A DNA stretch of 64,000 nucleotides from Psilocybe cubensis (taxonomy: Eukaryota), in the NCBI GenBank assembly GCA_017499595.2, contig CM038998.1:3906001-3970000 (forward strand). The letters are read 5' to 3'. The notes beneath the pieces were generated by a model. It searched no databases and was not told the origin of the DNA. It worked only from the letters and a program-made list of their open reading frames with translations. Below, in pieces: positions 54,257 through 64,000 of this stretch; the first letter of the stretch is position 1; every line of letters begins with the position of its first letter. A program made the translations under genes and the position numbers.

Positions 54257-56394
54257 TCAGTAATGAAGGCGCTGGATATAGTTTCCTTCAAGAACTTCAT
54301 TCAGCCGTGATGTCTCGTCAGAAAGGCTGTCTGGACTGTGCCACTCCGCACAGTCAAAGTCAATGATATATACTTTACCGTCCGAGTCGATCGTCAGATT
54401 GTCTGCTCGAATATCACAATGTCGAATATCCGCTTGGTGTATACTTTCCAGTGCCCTTGTAAACGCTTCCCTGGAATTATCAACTCATTAAGTGTCACCC
54501 TGCGAAAAGGAGGACCGAATTTACCTACCTTTCTTCTTGAGTAGTGGTTACCTGCTCTGCGAATTTCCCCGTTCGTTCAATTTCTCGCTGTCGAAGGGTC
54601 TTCCCTCCGTCGGCCATCAAGAGTGCCATTACATTGGACTCTACATCGTAGAACAAACCATGCACATCAAGGACCCCTTTGATGCTGCTTAATCGAGACA
54701 TACGGCAGTACATCTCAAATTCAGCTTTAAGCTTGCTCTGCTGCTCTTCTGAAAACGCCAGTTTCACGACCAAACTACCCTTCACAACAACCCCCGATGA
54801 TAGCATAACTTCCGTCTGGGCAGGGTGAACGACGCCAACTGCACCGCGGCCGAGTGGCGCCAGTAATTTGAGTGTAATGTATTCCTTGTCGTTGAACTTC
54901 TTCTGCGTATAGACGTCCTTCGTCCAATCTGTGCTCTCGGTAGGCAAATCGCGCTTGCATGACTCCCCTATTCGTCTGAACGAAGAGGGCACCGATGATG
55001 AAAATACGCCGTAGTCGAGACTAACAAGAGCGAGCTTGCGATGAACTAGATGCTTTGCAATCTAACAGCATAATTAAATGAACCGCGGGACACTGGAATT
55101 AATGAAGCTTACTGAATCGTGAACCTCAGTTGCAACACTGGGCACCTTGCTTGATCGCTGCCGCTTTGGAGGAGGCCGCTCGAGCCCTTCAACGCCATCC
55201 GAAGAGCGTTTCACAGCTTTGGAAGCAGGGGGTATACTTGATGTCTCTGAGGCCTTCATTCGTTCCAATGCATCTTGAAAAATTGCAATGTGAAGCCCAA
55301 TGTGGAGTTTCCTATAACAAGGATCCTGTATGCTGACTGTGTCGATTACACCTGATAAATAAAGTGTCTGCGTCGCCCTGTGTCGAATCCCAATCCGTTC
55401 ATAACGACCACAATGAAGGATGATGTAGGTAGTGTCATGGATTGACGCTTGTGTCCAGGCCTTGGAAGATATCAGCAACTACAAACATTCGAGATCAATA
55501 TGCGACGCCTACACATTGCAGGTAATGTTTAAAATCAGGTCGATATCGCGAACGTTGCACAGTTGATGGAGGGGTAACGTATTTTCCGACTTTTGCGATG
55601 GTTGACCTGTCTAGCTTGTTTTTTTTTAAGCTCCTATGCGAAGTGCCTGAACGACTGAGCTTGTTAGAAAGCGATTTGGCGTCAGTGGGAGGTAATGTTT
55701 GAGTTAAAAATCGATAGCCTCCGGTATGCGACGTCTCCCACTTGAATTCTGTCCCTGCTGAAATACTTTGAAGTATTGTTGTAAATGGGCTAACCATGGG
55801 AAAGACGTGCCACATAGCTAGTGTGGGGTGGTTGGTTAAGAGCGCGTTCAATGTTTTGATAGTCGGTTGAGTCAGTTTACCCTTGAGTTTGTTGCTTAAG
55901 AAGACCCCCCCTTTAGGATCTCTAGTGATGGTTAAAATACTTTCCGACATGTAACTTGCGCCAATGTGGTCATGAAACATGAACTCCAAGATTGATGGCC
56001 AGGTTTTGACGTGAGGATGAACGCATAGCTTAGACGTAAATGCCTGTGCTATAGGGCCTATATGAATGCGGTAATATTGTCTGACCGTCCTAGCGTCCGT
56101 GAATTCGATTTCGGGTATTTCCATCTTGAAAGAGTATTCGTCGGTTGAGAATTTGTTCCCGTTTGCCCAAAAAGTGTTGACTGCAATGTCACAGGTTGCA
56201 GATAACACTTGAGGAATGTCAGAGAGACATACAACGCGTTGTAAGGCAAAATTGGAGGCAACATGGCGATCATAGAAATTGAAAGGTGCCACAATCGGAT
56301 CTTTAGGACGCTCCGCCTCGTCCGGGATTATATCAAGATTGTAATTCGCGTTGAAAACCTGGTTCAGAAATGGCTGAACTCTACTGGGTAACAT
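54257..56394 (-). CDS. Array gene A3: degenerate REase-like domain + atypical protein kinase
   Basis: ATG 56394 (MLPSRVQPFLNQVFNANYN) aligns with paralog starts; LGRGAVGVV, RHCDIRADN, DFD; TGA at 54259-54257. Confidence 0.85.
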
Positions 56395-56724
56395 CGAGGT
56401 CCGTTGAGTAGGTAGAGAGTCGAAAAGTTGTTGGAGGCACCAGTACAAACACACAATAAACAACAACGACAACAACAACTTAACAACACAATATGGTCAC
56501 GAGCCCTAACAGGGAAGTTGCATAAGTAATCTCACCAAATGATTGTGGAAACTTCCATTGAGGTTAGCAGCCAGGCTTTGCAATACTACTAATATTGAGA
56601 AAGTAAATTACAAGTTAAGAGGCTTACCACTTACACTGTGCACAAGCTAGATCGCTGGTATATGTCTTGTTGATGTACAGAATATATCAAAATTAGATGT
56701 ATATTGTACATTACCGAGATACTT

Positions 56725-58874
56725 TCAGTATAAAAGGCGTTGTTTGTATTTACCTTCCAGGATCTCATTTAAACGCAATGCTTCAGCAGTCAGGGAATCT
56801 GGTGAAGCCCATTCGGCACAGTCAAAGTCTATGATGAAAACCCTACCATCAGGAGTGACCGTCAGATTGTCCGCTCGGATATCCTGATGCCTTATATCTG
56901 CATTGTGGATACTTTGAAGAGCTCTTTTAAATGCGTCCCTAAAATGTTAGTGTAGCTAATCAGTGGCTGATGTGCAAGTTGAGATGTAATAAACCTACTT
57001 CTCCTTCGCCGTTGTTTTAACCTGTTCAGCAAATGCACCTGTGCGTTCGATCTCCCGTTGTCGAAGTGTTATACCACCATTGGCCATTAACAGTCCCATC
57101 ACATTAGATTCCGCATCAAAGAACAGGCCATGCACATCAAGAATACCTTCAATATCGGTGGCTCTTGACATGCGGCAATAAATTTCGAATTCATTCTTTA
57201 AGCGTGCTTGCTGCTCTTCGGTGAATGCTAACTTGAAGGCAAGATTCTCTTTCAGAACGCCTCCGGACTGCAGTGCAACCTCCGCTTGAGCAGGATGAAC
57301 AACCCCAATTGCACCATGACCGAGTGGCGCGGATAATTTGAGCGTAAAGTACTCTTGGCTATTGAATTTTTTCTGTTCATTTGAACCTTTGGTCCAGTCT
57401 GTGTCGACGGTGGGAGAATGACGTTTGCAAGATTCTCCAATTCGGATAAATGAGGATGGAACCGGTGAACAGAATGCATCATAGTCTAAACTGACAAGAG
57501 CTAGTTTGCGGTCAACCAGTTGAACGCTGATCTATTTTGTCAAATGAGATAGAATATGAGATAGAATAGTATAGTAAACGGACAATAAACCCACTGATTC
57601 GTGCGCCAAGGTTGTTGGAAGACCAGTTTTTCGCCGTTTCTTAGAACGTGGTGACTCGTATTCTTCATCATCACCCAAGGAACGTTTCTTGGCTATAGTA
57701 GATTTAGAAGGAGCATTGAGAGCACTCATACGCTCTAATGCATCTTGAAAAATGGCAATATAAAGACCTATATGAAGTTTCCTATATCGAGGATCTATGC
57801 TGTTGACCGTGTCAATCAATCCAGAGAGATACAATGTCCGTGAGGCTCTATGACGAATTCCGATGCGTTCATACCGTCCGCAGTTGAGGACAAGGAAGGT
57901 CGTATCGTGGATTGCTGCTTGTGACCATGCCTTTCGTATCATGTTAGATATCCTAAACTGTTCAAAAAGATGTGCCCGTCACGTACATGTTGAAGATAAT
58001 GACGAAAATCAGGCCGGTATCGTTTTCGCTTAGTAACGGTGGGCGTAGTGACAAATTTTCCTGCCTTCCCAAGTGTATTCCTATCGGTTAGGTGTCCACC
58101 TGGAATTTTCCTACGAGACACTCTACGAACGTGTACAAGGTTGGAGAGCATTGTGCCATCGGGAGGTAGAGTTACACGCGTCTTGAAGCGATAACCGGCC
58201 GTGCGAAGTGGTTCCCATTTAAACTTGGTGTCATTGACCGAATTTTGCATTGTTCTCGTAAATGTATCAACCATAGGGAAAACATGCCACATAGCCAACC
58301 TGGGGAAAGTATCCAAAAGAACATTGAGAGTATCCGTGGTCGATTTCGGTAGCTCGTCCTGCTGCGTCCAAAATACACCTCCTGATGGCGCTTCGCATAC
58401 AGCCAAGTGTCCTTCTGCCATATAGAATGTGGCATCCTTGTCGTGTTCCCTAAATCGAATGACTGTTGGCCAAGTTTCGACTTCTGGATGAACACAGAGC
58501 TTGGATAAGTAGGCCTGGCATGTGTCACCAACATGGGTGGCATAATAGTCTCGAACACCGCTAGCGTCCTTAAACTTGGTACCAGGAATATCCTTGCCGT
58601 AGATGTATCCAGTGGCTGAAAACTTATGACCGCTTGTGATAAACCGGTTCACAGAGACATCACAAATTTTAGATAGAAGCTGTGGAATGAAGGGAGTGTG
58701 TACGACGTTGTGCAAAATGTAGTCCGATCCAAGGTGCCGATCGTAGAACGTAAAAGGTGGGTTCATTGGTTCACTAGGCTGATCAACTGTGCTCTGTATC
58801 AAATCAGGATTGTAGTTGGCATTGAAAGCTCTGTGTAAGAAAAACTGGAATGTGTCTTCTTCTTCAAACGACAT
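56725..58874 (-). CDS. Array gene A4 (more divergent): degenerate REase-like domain + atypical protein kinase
   Basis: FNANYNP, RYRPDFRHYLQH|AWSQAAIHDTT, LGHGAIGVV, AFKL, IRHQDIRADN, IIDFD; TGA at 56727-56725. Confidence 0.85.
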
Positions 58875-59499
58875 TATGTGAGAGATTGGTCTGGCGCATA
58901 GGATTGTGCGGTGAGGTTGATATTGTAAACTGGAACGCGTTCTTTGACGTCATGTTGAATTTGAATGATTGAATCCAAATCATCTGACGTTGTAGTTTTT
59001 CCCAGGCTTTTAGCAACTGATGGCTTGAATCTGGCAAACAAATTTGCAGTGAGCGTTGCAAGTGCATGAATATTATTATTCCAATTATAGTCGAAGTACT
59101 ACACTATTATAGACTGTTTCTTCTCGAGATTGTCTTTTGCTATAGCTGCTGTAAATTGTGACATCTCCTCGCTCATTAATTCGTCTGATGGAAAACGAGA
59201 TAGAAGATAAATCAAAATCAAAGAAACTTGGTGACGATGGTTCATGAGGATAGACTCACCCCATCATGAGGCACCTTCAGGGGTCATGGTGGATAAAGCT
59301 TAAAGAGATCAGAGGGATCCAGAAATGACCTTAGTTTTGTAGGGCTATGTGATTGTGCGAGTAAACCCAAGATGTACGTTTGCATGAAGAAAATAAGACT
59401 CGAGAGTGTTCGAGAGGCGGAAACTAACCAAAGGAGTTGTATAATTAGAATGTAAATTGAATGAAGATAAGAGAAATATGATGAAAACTATGGCAAGAT

Positions 59500-61637
59500 T
59501 CAGTAATGAAGGCGCCTGATATAGTTTCCTTCAAGAACTTCATTCAGCCTCGATATCTCGTCAGAAAGGCTGTCTGGACTGTGCCACTCTGCACAGTCAA
59601 AGTCAATGATATATACTTTACCGTCCGAGTCGATCGTCAGATTGTCTGCTCGAATATCACAATGTCGAATATCCGCTTGGTGTATACTTTCCAGTGCCCT
59701 TGTAAACGCTTCCCTGGAATTATCAACTCATTAAGTGTCACCCTGCGAAAAGGAGGACCGAATTTACCTACCTTTCTTCTTGAGTAGTGGTTACCTGCTC
59801 TGCGAATTTCCCCGTTCGTTCAATTTCTCGCTGTCGAAGGGTCTTCCCTCCGTCGGCCATCAAAAATGCCATTGTATTGGACTCTGCGTCGTAAAACAGG
59901 CCATGTACATCAAGAACCCCTTCTATGTCGCTTGACCGGGACATACGGCAATACGTTTCAAATTCAGCTTTAAGCTTGCTCTGCTGCTCCTCCGAAAACG
60001 CCAACTTCACGGCAAGACTTTCCCTCAGAATAGCACCCGACGATAGGACGACTTCCGCCTGAGCAGGGTGAACGACACCTACTGCACCATGGCCGAGTGG
60101 CGCCAGTAATTTGAGTGTAATGTATTCCTTGTCGTTAAACTTCTTCTGCGTATAGACGTCCTTCGTCCAATCTGTGCTCTCGGTAGGCGAATAGCGCTTG
60201 CATGACTCCCCTATTCGTCTGAACGAAGAGGGTACCGATGATGAAAATACGCCGTAGTCGAGACTAACAAGAGCGAGCTTGCGATGAGCCAGGTGCTTTG
60301 CAATCTAACCAGCTTAATTAAAATAAACAGTGGGACACTCGAGTCGGTGAAGCTTACTGAATCGTGAACCTCGGATGGGACACTGGGAGCCTCACTTAAT
60401 CGGCGTCGTTTTGAGGGAGGACGTTCGAGCCCTTCGACGCGATCTGAGGAGCGTTTCACAGATTTTGATGCGGGAAACTCGCCTGGAGTCTCTCCTGCCT
60501 TCATCCGTTCCAACGCATCTTGAAGAATCGCAATGTGAAGCCCGATGTGGAGCTTCCTATAGTAGGGATTCTGTATATTAACGGTGTCGATTACACCAGA
60601 TAAATACAATGTCTGCGTGGCCCTGTGTCTAATACCTATCCGTTCATACCGGCCACAGTGAAGAACCATGTAGGTAGTGTCGTGAATTGCCGCCTGCGTC
60701 CAGGCCTTGAGAAGATATCAACAAAAATTCAAAATGAGGATACTATGCTTACACATTGTAGGAAATGCTTCAAGTCGGGCCTATATCGTGCACGCTGTAT
60801 AGTGGATGAAGGGATAACATATTTTCCTACTTTGGTGATACTGATCCTCTGGGACGATGTTTTGCTTGAGCTACGTTTGGGCAAAGTACTCATTCGAACG
60901 AGCCTGTTGGTAAGTGATTGGCCGTCGGAGGGTAGATTCGTACGAGTCAAAGCTCTATAGCCAATCGTTCGGGATGTTTCCCATTTGAATTCCACTCCCG
61001 TCGTTATATTCTGGAACACCTTCGTGAATGGGCTGACCATGGGGAAGATATGCCATATGGCCAGTCTAGGGTGCCTCTCTAAGAGTGTATTCAAGGTTTC
61101 CATAGTCGACCGAGACAGATTTCCATCGAGTCCATTGTCCAAAGAGATCCCCCCTCCCGGATCTTTGGTGATTGACAAAGAACTTTCCGCCATAAAACTG
61201 CCACTGTCCTCATGATCTACGAACTCGATGATTGACGGCCAAATCTTGATATGAGGATGGACGCATAACTTGGATGCAAACGCCTGAGCTATATCACCAA
61301 CGTGAGTAAGGTAATACTGTCTGACCGTGCTAGCGTCTTTAAATTCGATTTCGGGTATTTCCATGTTGAAGAAAAATTTTGCGGTTGAAAACTTGTTTCC
61401 TTTTCCCAAAAACGTGTTGACTGCGATATCGCAGGATGCAGATAATGTCTGTGGAATACCAGACAGATATACGACGCGTTGTAAGGTCAAGTCGGAGGCA
61501 AGATGTCGATCATAAAATTGGAAAGGTGCCACAACTTTCAGATCTTGAGGACGCTCCGCCTCGTCTTGGAACATGCCAGGATTGTAATTGGCGTTGAAAA
61601 CCTGGTTTAGAAATGATTGAACTCCTCTGGATGACAT
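59500..61637 (-). CDS. Array gene A5: degenerate REase-like domain + atypical protein kinase (near-copy of A1)
   Basis: ORF 60211-60669 translates identically to ORF 42064-42522; RHCDIRADN, DFD; TGA at 59502-59500. Confidence 0.85.
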
Positions 61638-62010
61638 TGAGGTCCGTCAAATAGACAGCGAGTTAAGGATTAATTGAAGAGGCCAGTTACTACATACCTG
61701 AGTGGGCGTTGAACAAAGCGACATTGAAGAGTTGCAAACGCGATCATGTGATATTCGCGGCAACTGGCATAAGGGCTATTGTTGGAGTTTGAGACGACAG
61801 TATATCGACATACAATATCTGACGAATCTTGTGGGTATAATTAAGTTATATGTCTAAACGGTGTAATACAATAGTGATAATAATGATGCTGATTTATGAA
61901 AAGTACAGTTTGACTCAGAGCAACTGAGAGTAAGTGCCAAACGACATGGGGTATTATACAAACTACAAAATACATATCTGAAACTCGAAGTAACAGCATA
62001 TTTTCCAAGT

Positions 62011-64000
62011 TCAGGAATCGTACCTACTTTTCCCTTCAAACATTGCATTTAAGCACCTCATATCCTCCTTCATGGCGATATCATCTGGGTATCGGTATTC
62101 GGCACTGTCGAAGTCGGTGATGAAGGCATTACCATTCGAGTCAATCGTTAGATTGTCGGCTCTGATATCGTTATGAAAGACCTTGGCCAATCGGAGGCTT
62201 TCTACTATACGCCTAAAAACTTCTCTGAAAAATAGTCGATCAGACGGTGCATGGACTCAGCATATACATTGCATACCTCTCTTTCGGAGTGGTAGTCACC
62301 TTGTCAGCGTAAGACCCTGTTCGCCCCATCTCTCGTTTTTGAAGGGAATTACCTCCATCTGCCATCAGCAAGCCCATTGTTTTCGATTCCGCGTCATAGA
62401 AAAGACCATGGACATCGAGAATCCCTTCAATTCCGTCGACTCGAGACATATGACAATAAATATCAAATTCATTCCTCAGTTTTTCTTGATTTTTTTCTGT
62501 GAATGCGAGCTTGAAAACCAGTCTCTCCCTTAGCACCTCTCCAGACTCTAATTTAACTTCGGCCAGAGCAGAGTGGGCGGTTCCAATCGCACCATTGCCA
62601 AGTGGGGCAAGCAATGTGAGAGTGAAGTATTCCTTGGATTCGAACTTGTTCTGTTCAAATGCATCCTTTGTCCAATCTGTTTCCTCCCTTGAAGATATCC
62701 GCTTGCATGATTCTCCGATTCGAATAAACGAAGAAGGCACAGAGGAAGACAGTGCGTCATAGTCCAAGCTAACAAGAGCAAGCTTACGATCAACCAAGTG
62801 TTTCCCAATCTAAGTACAGGAAATTAGCACGGAACCAAGCATTCAGTAGGGCTGCTCACATTACTAGGTATATAAGTTGGAACCATTGCGTCCCCTGCTC
62901 GACGGCGCTTTTTGGATCGGAGAATATCTTGATATTCGAGACTATCTGAACCACGCTTCTTTCCTTTTGATCCCAATTTCTGTTGGACAATGTCCTGAGA
63001 TCTTGTTCTTTCCAGAGCATCTTGATATATCGCAATGTGAAGCCCGACATGAATCTTCTGGTAATGTGGATCTTTGATGTTGACCGTATCAATGACTTCA
63101 GAAAGATAGAGCGTCTGCGATGCTCTATGTCGGATCCCAATACGCTCATATCGCCCACATTGGAAAGTCATGAATGTCGTATCGTGAATGGCCGCTTGCG
63201 CCCAAGCCTTTCAGAAGTGGTCAATAACTGTCGTATCCATTCTGCGTGCATCGCAAATACTTACATGCTCCAAGTAATGCCGTAGACTAGGGCGATATCT
63301 ATTTCTCTCTGTAGCGAAAGGTGGAGATATGGTCTTTTTTACTCGAGCGATACTCTTTCTATTTGATGTACTTCTTCTGACTGAAAGGCCTTTCCCAGTG
63401 GTTCCGAGAGCACCGTTGAGCTTTTCAGCCAGCATTTGCGAATCTGGAGGTGGAATGGTCTGGGTTATGAAGCGATATCCAGCAGTACGGGACTCGCGGC
63501 CCCATGAACGGATATCTGGTGCTATATTTTGCAACATTGTCGTAAACGTATCAACCATGGGGAAGTGATACCACATTGCCAACCTAGGAAACCTTTTCAG
63601 AAGCGCTAGGAGTTCATATTCGGTCGATTGTGATAAACCTTCCTTGAGCTCATCATCTAGATGGATCCCTCCAGAGTGGTCCTCGTACAATGTCAAATAC
63701 GCTTTCGAAATGTAAAATGACTTTGGTTCGTTGACAATGTGTGAGGTATACGAAAAGGGTGAATTCCCAGTTTCTGAATCAGGATTAACGCAGAGTTTGA
63801 AGAGATATGCTCGAGATATGGCCCCAATGTGGATATTATAGAACACGTTAACAGAGCGGGCATCGCTGAATCTAGCCTGTGCCATATCTAAACAGCGTTC
63901 AAATACTTGTGAAGATATTGCATGGCCGTTCGCCAAGAATTCCTGAACGGTAGAGTCGCAAATTTTGGATAAGAGGTGCGGGATGGATGGAAGAAGTACA
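62011..64000 (-). CDS. Array gene A6 (divergent, 5' end outside the window): degenerate REase-like domain + atypical protein kinase
   Basis: RLAMWYHFPM, RYRPSLRHYLEH|AWAQAAIHDTT, LGNGAIG, VFKL, VFHNDIRADN, ITDFD; TGA at 62013-62011. Confidence 0.82.

Larger units (their letters stand above)
43800..56480 (-). repeat. Tandem segmental duplication of a ~6.5-kb B+A two-gene unit including the intergenic spacer
   Basis: B1/B2 starts are offset 6440 bp and A2/A3 starts 6494 bp. Spacers 46322-47752 and 52762-54256 are visibly alignable along their length. Confidence 0.9.

Noticed and set aside
41353..64000. Interpreting the array as transposons or as canonical FunK1 kinases
   Set aside because: No TIRs, LTRs or transposase motifs are visible. 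The short HxDIRADN/DFD kinase domain does not look to me like the longer FunK1 HRDIS-type domain, though an HMM search is needed to exclude it.

Overview
Intron-rich fungal genomic DNA, most likely an agaricomycete (short GT-AG introns, agaric-type RPB1). The supplied ORFs are mostly exon fragments, so I assembled gene models by hand. Core genes: RPB1 (723-7617, +), an AVT3/4-like vacuolar amino-acid transporter, a MYST histone acetyltransferase, RPL19, a small membrane protein, a HAL/HRK1-like kinase, a small Tudor/PWWP-like protein and CAND1/TIP120. Two accessory blocks interrupt them. (1) 12.2-20.2 kb holds a NACHT-WD40 fungal NLR with 14 near-identical WD40 repeats, a TIR-bounded MITE-like element just upstream, and a decayed RPB1 relic. 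(2) 41.3-64 kb is a minus-strand tandem array of at least 8 paralogous 4-exon genes encoding an N-terminal PD-(D/E)xK-nuclease-like region plus a C-terminal atypical kinase domain. The array has two reciprocal classes. Six A genes keep the kinase catalytic motifs but have lost the nuclease motif. Two B genes keep the nuclease motif but carry a pseudokinase. This split nuclease/kinase arrangement resembles Spok and Crinkler REase-kinase proteins and is the best candidate for an undescribed toxin-antidote or defence system. All domain calls are by-eye motif recognition; no searches were run.
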